Positions 1 through 11,004 of a DNA stretch of 20,000 nt are shown here, one piece after another. The notes beneath the pieces are model-generated. The model did not search any database, was not told where the DNA came from, and saw only the letters and a program-made list of their open reading frames with translations. The translations under genes were made by a program, and so were the position numbers. The stretch is from Piedraia hortae CBS 480.64. Taxonomy: Eukaryota. The DNA lies in NCBI GenBank assembly GCA_010093745.1, contig MU006022.1, positions 55,478-75,477 of the forward strand. The letters are read 5' to 3'. Position 1 is the stretch's first letter, and each line of letters opens with the position of its first letter.

Positions 1-240
1 CTCCGTGCCTCGATTGAGTCGTGGCGCTCGATCTGCTTTCCGTGCGAATCAGCTGTCGGCAATTATATGACCCGTTTGCTGATTGGCCAACGTGAAACTT
101 AGCGTTACGTCTCGTCACATAACCTACACAACGTTCTTTATTGCGGAACCCACATCACGTCTTTTACGCGTGGCCCATAGCAACAAGTGGTTCTGCCTTA
201 GATAATTCGAAACTGAGCGTGTAATTGTGCGTCTAAAACC

Positions 241-1413
241 ATGGACGGCGACCAGCCATCCGGCATGGACGCTTCCAAGAACCCTATCCAGTCGGCAGCG
301 TTGCCGCCAGGGCTTCAAGAATCATCTGATAAGATCTGGGCCGAAATGAAGAAGATGCCATTGTTCATGACCAGCCTGGACGATGTAGACGAGGATAACG
401 AACAGATACAGGCATTGAGGGCGCTTGCATACGAAGGCACTCGTGCCGAAATCGCAGAAAACTTTCGCAAACAGGGCAATGAATGCGTCAGTGAAAAGAA
501 TTATATCGATGCACGAAAATTCTACGCCCAAGCGACCGAAGCCCTCAATTCTCCTCAGACCGAGCCGGTTGAGAACGAAGAGGAAGAAGAGCGGAAAGAA
601 AAGGCCATTGCCGAAGCATGCCACGCAAATTCTGCCCTCTGTAACCTACAAATGAGTAAGGTGTCATCCTCTAGAATCAGCTGTGGCTGACAAGAAGCAG
701 AGAACTATGCTTCATGTCAGCGAGATTGTGCGGCAGCTCTGCGGCTGAACCCAGATAACATCAAGGCGTGGTACCGGGCCGCCTCGGCCTGTTTGGCCAT
801 TGACAAGCTGCCAGAGGCGCTTGACGCGTGCGAAAATGGCTTGCTCCGGGACTCGAATAACGCTAGTCTGAAAGCATTACTGACGCGCATTGAAAATCGC
901 AGGGACCATCTGGATGCGTTGACGAAAGCCCGACGTGAACGTGAAGCGGGGCTGGCCCTAGATCAGGCCACCCTGAAGCAAGCCCTGCACACGCGGGGCA
1001 TCTTGGCTCGACAGACGGACGACCCTCCAGATATGGAAGACGCTGTTGTCGGCCTCGACCGTCCACGGGACTACAAGTCTACGTTGCACTTCCCCGTCTT
1101 GTTTCTATATCCCCGCGAAGCTCAGAGCGACCTTGTCAAGGCAGTGACTGAGGAAGAATCGCTTGGGCCTCACTTGGAACTCATGCTTCCTCCGCCGTGG
1201 GACACTGCAGGTGCGTATCATCCCGACAACGTCGACTGCTACATGGAAACTCGCCCTGGTGGCCTAATTAAAGCTGGCAAAAAGGTCAAGTTGCTTCAAC
1301 TACTTAAACGTGGTCCCGTGGACATCGTGGATGGCTTGGTAAAGGTATACGTTGTTCCACGTGCAGATGTCGCTGCCTGGATAGAGGACTTCAAAAAGAG
1401 GCAGCGAAAGTGA
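241..1413 (+). CDS. CNS1: Hsp70/Hsp90 TPR co-chaperone Cns1/TTC4; exons 241-655, 701-1413 (375 aa)
   Basis: N-terminal PLFMTSLD...ALRALAYEG..EIAENFRKQGNE motif. The 45-nt intron 656-700 (GTAAGG..GCTGAC..CAG) joins the two ORFs in frame and restores TPR sequence LQMKNYASCQRDCAAALRLNPDNIKAWYR. C-terminal wheel-domain-like LHFPVLFLYP..QSD..PPPWD..GLIKAGKK. Confidence 0.93.
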
Positions 1414-1414
1414 T

Positions 1415-2443
1415 CTACTTTGGATCTGCCGGGTACAAAATGCCATTTTGTCTCCTCAGATCTGTTGTCACCCTGATGACGGCTCTGGATATGTCCGCAA
1501 GCTTGCCCGCAGCTTCGTGATCTTTCTCGTTGATGATCCGCGCAAACTCCACAGCCTCTTCTTCCATGTTCACATTTGGCTTTTCTACAATCTTGCATGG
1601 ACCTGCTAGTTCTTCCGTCTGCTTCGTGTGCGGATTGGAGTAGGTCAATGTGCTGATATCTGTGGTGGCGTTAATCGTTAGTGTTCCCTGTTCGCCATAT
1701 ATCTCGCTCGGCGCAGAGCTGGCGTAAGCTTTAGCTTGGTTGATCTGCACACCAAACTTGTCGTACTGCAGCAGTATGACTCCGCCCGCGTCAACGCCCG
1801 TGCGGCAGATGAACGGGACGTATTTCTGAGACTTTGGGGCGCCAAAAAGCCCCACGGCAAAGGTAACGGGATAGACGCCGATATCGACCAGACTCCCGCC
1901 GCCAAATTCGGCAGAAAAGACGTTGGGAATCTCCCCTTTGAGCACATTCGAGTAGCGGGAAGAAAAGGTAGCATAGGTAAAACTAGCTCCGTAGACCTGT
2001 CCCAGTTTCTTTTCCTTGACAAGGTCGCGGAGCTTCTTGTAGTTTGCCTCTTGTATATGGCGATAAGCCTCTATAAGGAACAAGCCAGCCTTTTTTGCAA
2101 CGTCCAAGAGGTCATCCAGCTCTTCGGGCGTGCACGTTGCTGGTTTCTCCAGAATGACATGCTTACCGGCTTGCAGGGCCTGCTTGGCCTGTTCATAATG
2201 CAGACTATTTGGCGATGCAATGTAGACGGCCTGCATATCTTGGTTCTGAAAGAAGCGGCCAAGGTCATCAAAGCAAGCAGCAGCATCACACGAGTGCTTT
2301 TGCCCATACGCCTTCGCCCCGTTAAGCGTGCGCGAGTAGACGGCTACCAACTTCCATTGTCCAGCCTTGTTCGCAGCATCGATCCACGAATCAGTGATCC
2401 AGTTGGTGCCAATGGTGCCGAATGTTATCTGAGAGCTGCTCAT
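1415..2443 (-). CDS. Gfo/Idh/MocA-family NAD(P)-dependent oxidoreductase, YgjR/YulF(IolU)-like; intronless, 342 aa
   Basis: Rossmann start FGTIGTNWIT, then AVYIASPNSLH, EKP motif, GGSLVDIGVY and C-terminal LRRQNGILYPAD. These match recalled motifs of the bacterial YgjR/YulF subfamily. Confidence 0.9.
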   Translation of the reverse strand: MSSSQITFGTIGTNWITDSWIDAANKAGQWKLVAVYSRTLNGAKAYGQKHSCDAAACFDDLGRFFQNQDMQAVYIASPNSLHYEQAKQALQAGKHVILEKPATCTPEELDDLLDVAKKAGLFLIEAYRHIQEANYKKLRDLVKEKKLGQVYGASFTYATFSSRYSNVLKGEIPNVFSAEFGGGSLVDIGVYPVTFAVGLFGAPKSQKYVPFICRTGVDAGGVILLQYDKFGVQINQAKAYASSAPSEIYGEQGTLTINATTDISTLTYSNPHTKQTEELAGPCKIVEKPNVNMEEEAVEFARIINEKDHEAAGKLADISRAVIRVTTDLRRQNGILYPADPK

Positions 2444-2635
2444 TGTTCAGTACGTCAAGCAGATCGAAGAGCAACGTTTTAGTTTTCACATAATTCTCCG
2501 ACTGTCGCCCAACCCCCACTTTGAGTTGTCATAATTAGGCCACATCTACCCTGCTGTGTTACATGGAGCTGCACGCTAGGCAACCACACGTCAGCCATCT
2601 GACTCCGGACCATGTTAGCTGCGTTGGGTCAAGCC

Positions 2636-4272
2636 ATGTTCCTTAACCAAGGACTATCAGGTAAGTTGAGGGGGGTTGGTTGTTCTTCTTTTTTGTTCTT
2701 TCCAAAGCGCACCACCCACTCACCACTCGTTTAATCTTTAACCCGAAAATGTCACAAACAACCAACCAAAGAAAACCACAATGCCAAACAAAACACATGG
2801 AGCAAACAAGGAGCACGAAAAAAACGTGGACTGACAAAATCAGCACTTCGGTACCACGATCCGGAAGAACTACGCCAATCTCCACCGCCCCCGGCCACTG
2901 AGGTGAGCTTTCCAGCATATCCAGCCTCTTCTCCGGAGCCGGTACAATGGGACCGACAGAAACACCCACCTCCAGATTTTCAAACTTTGTTTCTACAAAT
3001 CCGGAAACCAAGTGATATCCTTCCGTCACACCTCCAGGTCCTCAACATAAACTTCCAACCACAATGTTCCATCCAGGAAATGATCCCCTTAAGCCCAGAC
3101 GGCGGGTCATACATCCCCTATCTATCCGACATAATCCGCCCTCTCCCGCGCGAAGCGCCTCCCTCACCTCCGGCGCACAGGATGTGGGAATTTGAACATC
3201 GAATAGCGGAAATATCCCTCGACAACGACCTGGCATATCGCCGGCTGTCACGAAGTCCAATGCACTCCGACGGGGTGCGGCTCACCCACATGGCTCGTTT
3301 CTTCGACAGTCTGGAAAACCTGGGCCAGCATTGGGATAGCAGTCTAGATCGATATCTCAAAGTCGACGAGTTCGATAAACCGGTAGATGAAAGCGAAGAC
3401 GGCCGAGAAGTCTACTCTGGCCGTCGCACAAGCGATGGAAAATCCATGCCGGATCGTTTCCGCTCAGAAACTATCCGTCGGCTGGTGGAGAGTATTGCTC
3501 GGGTTTTTAACTGTGCTGTTGCTCAGCCTCGGAGGCCTCCTCAAATTAAACTTGGGATGATGAATCTTCCAATTCGTCAGACTGCTGCTCTGTATCGCTT
3601 TCCAACCGACCATAGACGCGCGAGAGAGGGGCACCTTCAAGGGCCCATCCTTGCGGTTCAAACGCGACCTGAGTTTGATTTTGCATCCGAAGGAGGAGAC
3701 ACGAGAAGTGAATTGGATTTGCTGCGCGAGCTGGGTGCATTGCTACATCTTGCGCAGGAAAGGTCTCGAGAGGGAACTAGCGAAGTCAAACCCGGAGCAG
3801 GGAAGTGGTGGACGTCTGCTCCACGGTGGGGAGGTGGTGTGGTGAATGCGGAGAACTTTCCAGATCATGATGCAAAGAAGCCAAACACTTGGGCGACGGT
3901 CAAGTGCGGAAGTGGGAATTGGGATCCGGTAAGAGCCCTGCTACTCTCCCGTGAAGATGATATTAACATTTGAAGAAAACAGAATACCTAGCCCTGGGCA
4001 AACGGCGGGACTCGGCATACGATGAGGTGTTTCTGGTATCAGCCATTGTGCACCATGTCTCCATCGTCAAACTGACCGTGCACGATGAATACATCCGATT
4101 ATTGTCCAGCGGAATGCTTTTACCTGACAATGAACTAGAAGATCTTCCAAAAGATTGGTGTAAACCGCTATTCCAGAGGACGGGATGGTATAATTTGTTA
4201 GATCCAGGCGAAAGAAGCGAGGCCTATGCTGCCATATGGGGTGTCGTAAGTTATCTCATGAGGGATTCGTAG
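2636..4272 (+). CDS. Fungal hypothetical protein; exons 2636-2660, 2844-3928, 3976-4272 (468 aa)
   Basis: ATG at 2636. Intron 2661-2843 (GTAAGT..CTGAC..CAG) and intron 3929-3975 (GTAAGA..ATTAAC..AAG) join ORFs 2903-3973 and 3970-4272 in one frame (..GNWDP|KTEYLALGK..). Globular-looking composition with motifs AQERSREG..PGAGKWW..PRWGGG. No domain recognised. Confidence 0.75.
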
Positions 4273-4290
4273 GCCACAAAACATGGATAA

Positions 4291-5100
4291 TCATTTCTTA
4301 TCCATCTCCTTTCGCATTTTGATCCTTTGCGATCTGCTCCCGCCCAGCTTTGGGTGAACCTCCCTATCCCCGACCGCTTTTTGGCCTTTATCAGGTTCGG
4401 CTTTACGACGGTGTTTTTCGCTCGAGCGGAGAAATTCGCGCTTGAACGCCCTTGCCGCTGCCGCATCGTTATCATTTTCCCCTTCCTCCTCACCTTCTAC
4501 CCTTTGACCCTCATCATCACTAGACGTGGCTTTCTGGCGGGTATAGACTGGTAGATTGATTGATTCGCGAAAAATCTCATCGATCAGTTCCGAAGTCTTG
4601 ACTCCACCATCTGAAACCTCGTCAATGAGGGAATTAATCTTCCGGTGTCGCCTTCTGGTAGTGATACCTTTGGTGCTTCGGGGTATAGGTGTGATTTTCA
4701 CCCTCTCCGTCTTCTCATCCACTTCGACAATGTTTTTGTCGGGCTGTTCGATATGGAAGGTTTTCGAGACCGTCTCACTCGAATCCAAAGGAGCGGGTTT
4801 GTCTAGCATTTGTTCAGGTGCGGATATACCTGCGGATCTGGCGAACCGCAACTCCAGGCCCGTGGGAGATGATTTCTTATTAGACGCCGCTGGAATCATG
4901 TCATCGCTTCTGTCCAATTCTCTTGTTATGGAAGATGAGAAATGTATTCCCGTTTTCATGCCCGCTCTGCGTTTCTTCTTCATCGACTTGACATCAAATT
5001 CCGCTTCTTCTTCCGAGGGCGAGGCAAGTAAGCGACCAACTCGAGCAGCAGTTTTGCGTTTCTTTTGAGGGAGAAAAGAAATATACTCTTGGTCAGACAT
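4291..5100 (-). CDS. Probable Hep_59 / C9orf78 / Tls1-like nuclear, splicing-associated protein (start 5100, alternative upstream ATG at 5145)
   Basis: Uninterrupted charged ORF with NLS-like KKRK and KKKRR. C-terminal D-AAAARAFKREFL...PKLGGSRSQRIKMR resembles the C-terminus I recall for fungal Hep_59 proteins. The family call is tentative. Confidence 0.55.
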   Translation of the reverse strand: MSDQEYISFLPQKKRKTAARVGRLLASPSEEEAEFDVKSMKKKRRAGMKTGIHFSSSITRELDRSDDMIPAASNKKSSPTGLELRFARSAGISAPEQMLDKPAPLDSSETVSKTFHIEQPDKNIVEVDEKTERVKITPIPRSTKGITTRRRHRKINSLIDEVSDGGVKTSELIDEIFRESINLPVYTRQKATSSDDEGQRVEGEEEGENDNDAAAARAFKREFLRSSEKHRRKAEPDKGQKAVGDREVHPKLGGSRSQRIKMRKEMDKK

Positions 5101-5158
5101 GCCTCGATACTGGTAGATCGGACTATATATGGAGAGATACAACATGGTGTTTTTGGTG

Positions 5159-5248
5159 TGACGTCATCATCTATACATCACATTGACTGCGGCATTGTTC
5201 CGCTGGAGTTGAAAATTTCGAATCCACGTGAGGGGAAGGATATATAAG
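5159..5248. promoter_or_regulatory. Candidate promoter elements of the 4291-5100 gene: CRE palindrome TGACGTCA (5159-5166), E-box CACGTG (5225-5230), TATA-like tract (~5240-5248)
   Basis: Exact motif matches clustered in a short intergenic region just upstream of the minus-strand start. Function is unproven. Confidence 0.3.
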
Positions 5249-5377
5249 TACAAGACCTACAACGCCGTCATCCCTCCACGCAAATACCCTACGCCAGCTT
5301 TTGTTTTGCCCTCAATCTCAAGAAACAAATTATGTTCATTCCCATCTTGACTTTCGTGTCTCGTTTTGGTTATGTTC

Positions 5378-6904
5378 CTACCGGAAGGAAGACGTCTTCG
5401 CCGAGATACCAACACCTGTGTTCAGGTGGGAGCGTCTCGGAAGCGGACGTGAGCGTTGCAGGAGCGGACCCTCCTCGTTGATCCTGAATCTGGGAGGTCT
5501 TGTGCTTTCAGCAGCAGACGATGATGAGTGTGGTGGGTCATCCTGCTTGGAGTCCTTGCGGTCGCGCTGAGATAATTCAGCAAGCTCTCTTTCTGATTCT
5601 TCTAGAATTTCTCCCGAAGATTTGACAGTATTGGTCGTCTTTGTAGCTTCGAGTAGCAGATGTTGGGCCCAGTAAGGATCTTCTTCTGTTCCCAAGAATT
5701 CGAACTCGGGCAGAAGCTCCGGCGGCCCGCCATCTACCGAGGACAAATCTGCAGAATTTGCTCGTGAAATACTGCGCGAGGAGCTTGTGCGTGTTTTCGA
5801 CGTCGCTCGCGACTTTTGGCTGGCTTCTGCCCCGGGTGTGGTGGGAATGCTGGATGGATTGAGTCCGTATTCATTGCCCGTCACCCTTGTATCAACCGGC
5901 CTGGGTTGAAATCTAGTTGTACTTGCCGAATCTGCCCCGAGTGCCGCGAGTGCCTGAGCTGGGTGTCTACCAGTTCTGCTGGAAGGCTTGGGCGGCTGTT
6001 GGGATTTGGCCTTTTCAGACTCTTCTTTGGCTTTGTCACGGCCCTTGAATAGATGACGTTTTAACGTGTTGACTCCACGCTTGAGCCCGAATCTGTCACG
6101 CTTGGGCATAGATGCTTCCGCCTGACTGGTCGGTGCCATGCAAAGCTCTTGCGTCCTCAATGCCGGATGGTCCGATCTCAACTGAGCATCTCTATTCGCA
6201 GCAGCCTCATTGACCATTTGTTTGGCTGGCGAATCCTTGGGGTGGCGTAAGTCAACGCTGGCCGAACGAAAGAGAGCTGTCCCGTTTGCATTGGCCTTCG
6301 GCTCCCCATTGCGAGCTGGCACCACCTTGGTGCTCTGTGAGCGGCTTGGAGACGGCTCACTCAGTAGAGGCGTCCTAATAAGCGCGTTAGGATCAAGCGG
6401 TCTTCCAGGAGTTGTTGACGACTCGTTGCTCAAAGATCGACGTTGGGGGGCAGTTTCATGGCCGTTTTCCTGGCTGCTGATGGCAAACGTCATTGACTTT
6501 CTGGCCTGCAGGACGCCAGCCACTGGTGATGCTGGAAACCAGTTGGTTTCGCCCCCAAACCCTTCGTTTGTCGATAACGAAGGGCCGGCTTCTGCCAGAA
6601 ACGGACCAACATTCGTTGGCGATGGGCTCAGGTCGTTTTCATTGTCCTTGAGCCACCGCCCCTCCTCGGGCCCGCGCTGAGCCACGTCCATACAGTGAGT
6701 TACTTCTTCAGCTGCCTCTTCAGCCTCTTGGCTGTACGAGGACGAGCTCTCAGAAGTACGGGTGGCCTTATCTTGGTTTTCTCCAACAGAAGCAATGTCT
6801 TCGGTAGGAACAATGCCTTCAACAGGAGCAATACCTTCCGCCGACCAGGAGCCGGGAACTTGCAGCAGCAGCGGCTCTTCAGCGTTCCCTTCTATCACGG
6901 GCAT
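5378..6904 (-). CDS. Hypothetical, largely disordered Ser/Pro/Glu-rich protein (508 aa)
   Basis: 1.5-kb ATG-initiated ORF filling the space between neighbouring genes. No recognisable domain. Confidence 0.7.
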   Translation of the reverse strand: MPVIEGNAEEPLLLQVPGSWSAEGIAPVEGIVPTEDIASVGENQDKATRTSESSSSYSQEAEEAAEEVTHCMDVAQRGPEEGRWLKDNENDLSPSPTNVGPFLAEAGPSLSTNEGFGGETNWFPASPVAGVLQARKSMTFAISSQENGHETAPQRRSLSNESSTTPGRPLDPNALIRTPLLSEPSPSRSQSTKVVPARNGEPKANANGTALFRSASVDLRHPKDSPAKQMVNEAAANRDAQLRSDHPALRTQELCMAPTSQAEASMPKRDRFGLKRGVNTLKRHLFKGRDKAKEESEKAKSQQPPKPSSRTGRHPAQALAALGADSASTTRFQPRPVDTRVTGNEYGLNPSSIPTTPGAEASQKSRATSKTRTSSSRSISRANSADLSSVDGGPPELLPEFEFLGTEEDPYWAQHLLLEATKTTNTVKSSGEILEESERELAELSQRDRKDSKQDDPPHSSSSAAESTRPPRFRINEEGPLLQRSRPLPRRSHLNTGVGISAKTSSFR

Positions 6905-7258
6905 GTTTCCCCTGCCATGAGCGTTAGATCCTCGGTTGCTTCACGTGTTCTGCTTACTCGCAAGTCCTCGGCATATCAGCGTCCACCACGATGTGTATTC
7001 AAGTGGTGTCTTTGATGGAGAGGAAAAAGCGACCGAGATTTTTTTTTCCAGGTGATGTGCAGAAGAAAAGGAGAAGGGCCTAGAAGGAATCCAAGAGAAT
7101 GGCGAGTGGATCCCTAAATGATTCAAGCACCCAACAGCCCTGACGCAGTCTGCTGAGACCGTTCTCCTATTTTAGCCCGCGAGAGTGGAACATTTAGGTT
7201 ACAGTCGTGTCAAACATGCCTACTTAGCCTCTGATACCGGTCACCTGGACTCTCTGTC

Positions 7259-9112
7259 CTATTGGTGCCTCAGCCTCTTCAATCCAGCCTCACACGACTG
7301 GTCCGCCCACCCAAGGTGGAGATCGTCCATGACAAACGCCTGTTCCATATCGCCCACATAGGCCTTGACCTGCAATGCACTGAGGCCGCGGAAAATGGGA
7401 GGGAACTCAATCAGACGTAGCTCGCAGCCACGTGCTTGCTCACAAGCCGGTACAGTCTGATTTTTTGCAAAGGCAAGCAACTCCTCGCCGAGGTTACGGT
7501 CGAAGACGTATCCTTGGATCGCAAAAGTGCACGGCCCAATACCAAAAGTTACGCAACCAAACCAGCCATCGAACGCATCGAACCAGAATGCCGATAAAGC
7601 TCGGTACGGGCCGGTAGAAATCCTCCCCAACGGAACCGTCATCGTACGTTTGATCGAACCTGACAGCAATACACCAACATTGGGCGAAGATCGAGGAGTA
7701 AACGGTTCGCGAGCTTCCGAAGCATAAACCCAGCCATCGCTGAAGGTTAAATGCTTATAGGGTCTCATAACGGGCGGGAATTGGTGAATATCAAAAGGAT
7801 CTCCGTGCGTAGGAGTGAAATTCGGGAGCCCATCGAAATCGATGGTAAAGTTTCCATTTTGCCCACATCCACCCGCAGGAATGAGTCCAGCCCCTAATCC
7901 ACCATTCAGAGGCAAGCCTGCAGGACAGTTGGCAAGGGACTCGCCCCCGTTGGGCGCGCTTGAATTACCTGAGCATTCGGATCTCTTGAGCATAGTGGGC
8001 TCAATGGCGCTCGAAGATGAAGGCTCCGCGGCGGCAGGAGCGGAACTAGTAGCATTGAATGATTCGGTTCTTTGGAAAGGGGTATGGAAAGGCCATTTGC
8101 CTCCATCCGATGACGAAATGCTGGCGCTAGACATCACTTCAGGCTGGCTGCCAAGGACCGGTGTTATTGTGGTGGTCATGTAAACCGTAGTAGTTGAGAC
8201 GTTGGTAGGTGTGGGTTCGAACGTCGTTGTAGAGCTAATGCTCGATTGCATACTGGAAGTCACCATGGTTGTCGTGGTGCTCGTAGTGTGAATAGTTGAG
8301 GTTGAAGTCACAGTTGAAGTTTCCCTGGTAGAGCCATCAGTGCCCAAGTGATCCTTTCCAGCGGGAGAGTATCCCGCCGGATCAACAGTGGCATAGACAG
8401 TGTGGGAAACTGTGGCCGTTGAAGTGTGTGTTTCCTTCATCGAGCATGATGAAGGCGTGTACCAGGCAGTGTAGTGCGTGAGATCATTAGAACCACAGCT
8501 GACAACGCTGTTGAGGTACACAGAGCTTGTGGTAGCCAATAACGACGTAGTTTCACCCGGGTTCAGGCCATTGAGCCAGCTTGTAGTTCCCGACTCCATG
8601 ACATTATAGTACAAGGAACTGTTTGAAGATGACCAGACCATGACCGACGTGGTTTCCGGGAACACACTGGTGAACGTGACCAGCTGGGGCGTGGTACCAT
8701 TGTCTGAATAAGGACCCGTCGTAAATGAAGGCTGAGCCGCACAAGCAATAGCTGTCGTCACCGGCTTGCAGAGAGTGGCAGTTGAAGGTGTACAAGCCGA
8801 AGAACACCTGCAAATGAAAATTTACGTCAGCCATCCGCTCATCGTGCCCGGTTCCACTGTCCATAAATTGGGATCCTGCGTATACGTCCGATTTCGTGGG
8901 TGATAGGCAGATGTTCTTGAAAGCCTCGAGCCTCCATTAATCTCATATTGGTCTGGCTATATCATAAGTTGTGGCACATCCTATGGTGTTGACGCATGCG
9001 AGCCTGGAAGAGAGAGATATAGGAAGGATTAGACTTACCCGGTAATATCACTCTTTACAGAGGCGATCAGAGCCAATGCAGCAGCCGCAAGCGCGGCAGT
9101 AGTCACCTTCAT
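7259..9112 (-). CDS. Secreted Ser/Thr-rich protein with Cys-containing C-terminal domain (DUF7371-like); exons 9112-9039, 8807-7259 (540 aa)
   Basis: Signal-peptide exon MKVTTAALAAAALALIASVKSDITG. Intron 9038-8808 (GTAAGT..GCTGAC..TTTGCAG) joins it in frame to ORF 7259-8761. Mucin-like T/S tract, then a globular domain CGQNGNFTIDFD...FWFDAFDGWFGC...FVMDDLHLGW..C. Confidence 0.8.
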
Positions 9113-9768
9113 TGCTGGAAACGATCAAAAAAAAGCGACAGAAAAGAAAGTAAGGAGTGATGGCAGTTGGTGATGCTTGAAGGAGGGGTGTAAAAATCAA
9201 GTTCAAGGAGCATTTGTTTATTGATGTGCGGTGTGGCCAAGGGCTATCACGTGTTAATTCGTCTTTTGTTTGCTACCGAATCAGGAAGGAGCATTCTGGA
9301 GCGGTATTCCTCGATGAAGCCGCACATTATCCCCATGGGGTGATTCAGTATCGTGTAGCCCCATGCCTAGTGGCGTTGGTTTGGGCCTGTTGCCCATCCA
9401 ATCCTGGGCAAAGTTGGTAAAATATATGTGCATGACGGTATGGGTGACCCGTCTGATGGATGTACATTCCAAAAGGCGGGTTCCAGTGCGGTTTGTTGCT
9501 CATTGCAGGAGCGAAATCGTAGTTGAGAGGCTTTGAGCCCTTTTCGGTTTAGGAGCCGGTGGTGTGCATGCTTGAATTTAACCCTCAATCAGTAACTTCG
9601 CCCCTGCGAGATGACAGCCTGGACGTTGTATAACGGTGCAAATGTCGTCTACGAATGTAGCCAACTCATTTAGGCCAAGTTGAGTTCCAACGGTGGAAAG
9701 GCCCCACCGGTGCTGTGTCATGGGAGCGTTGAAAAGAGCTGTCAACTGCACAACTTCACCGCACCAAG

Positions 9769-10906
9769 ATGCAGGTACAAGTTGACGAAGGGGTCAACAA
9801 ACCCAGGACGCTTCGCTCGCGCCACCATGCAGACTTACAGGCTGACAAGAAGAACGACGGCCTGCCCATGCGGCCGCCGTTTCCTGGCATGGTACCCGGG
9901 CAACTTCCCAGGAACAAAAGTTTGTTCTCCCTATTGTACGAGGATGCTGATACTAATGGGCAATAGACACGGCCATAGTGCCTTGCAAATTTCACTATTC
10001 AGGCAATTGTCAAGCTGGCAGGTTCGTTTCACCCCAGATCCCTGCAACAGCCGTTGCCAAGCCCTATGCATTAGCTGATACACAATGAAAGCGTATGTTC
10101 CTTCAGCCATGATTATGAATCAATCAGACATCCTGCAAACTGCAAATTCTTTTCCAAGGGAGGCTGCAAATTTGGCCATCACTGCATGCTTCGCCATGTC
10201 ACGGCGGATGGCAAAGTAGTCCACAACCCCAACTTCCTTGAAATCTGCAATCAGCCCTATGTGTACCAACATCAGCATTATCAGCTAAATTACGAGGCTG
10301 TCCCGGCACATCCTGCGTACTACCTGGATAGCCTTGAGAGATGGGCAACGCCGCCTCGATCCAGCAGCCCTCCGCCACCTGAACCAGAAGACGACACTTT
10401 GGCAGCGGCCCAACACGATTCGCCAGAGGAGTGCAACGCCAAGGAAGTGCCGCGCCAGGTGTGGTCCTGCCTCGATGCGCCACTTCCAGACACCTGGGAC
10501 GAAACCGTCCCTCCCCGCGCCCGGCATGCCATGTGCTCATCCATGCCGCCGCGCTGTGGCGAAGACGAGGGCTTGTTTGCTTCCGTCAAGAACGCCATGG
10601 CTCTCAAAAGTGCTCGATCTGGATCCTGCCCAGACGGACCACGTTTCTACCACCGTCGCGTGTTAGACAAAGCATCGCTTCTGCCAAGCATTCCAAGCTG
10701 CGATTCCGAAGAAGAGGACGATGAGAACTCAGGCTCGGGCTCAGACCAGGACGGGGATGAGGACGGGGATGAGGACGGGAACGGGGACGTGGACGTGGAC
10801 GAGGACCCGGACGAGAACCAGGACCAGGACCAGGACCAAGACCAGCAGGACCCAGACCAAAACAAGAACCAGGACCAGGACCAGGACCAGAACCAGGACC
10901 AGAACA

Positions 10907-11004
<98 letters not shown>

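Noticed and set aside
1736..2482. 248-aa ORF antisense to the oxidoreductase, and similar antisense ORFs over JHD1, kelch and HEM4
   Set aside because: Typical antisense shadow ORFs of GC-rich coding DNA with no recognisable motifs.
2680..2901. 73-aa plus-strand ORF and 128-aa minus-strand ORF (2643-3029)
   Set aside because: Both lie largely within the inferred low-complexity intron 2661-2843.
8943..9038. Alternative 35-nt intron (9038-9004, strong polypyrimidine plus CAG) that would yield a 44-aa secreted two-Cys peptide
   Set aside because: It is shorter than all other introns here and the only branch-like CTAAT abuts the donor. The 231-nt intron gives a coherent full-length protein. It cannot be fully excluded without RNA-seq.
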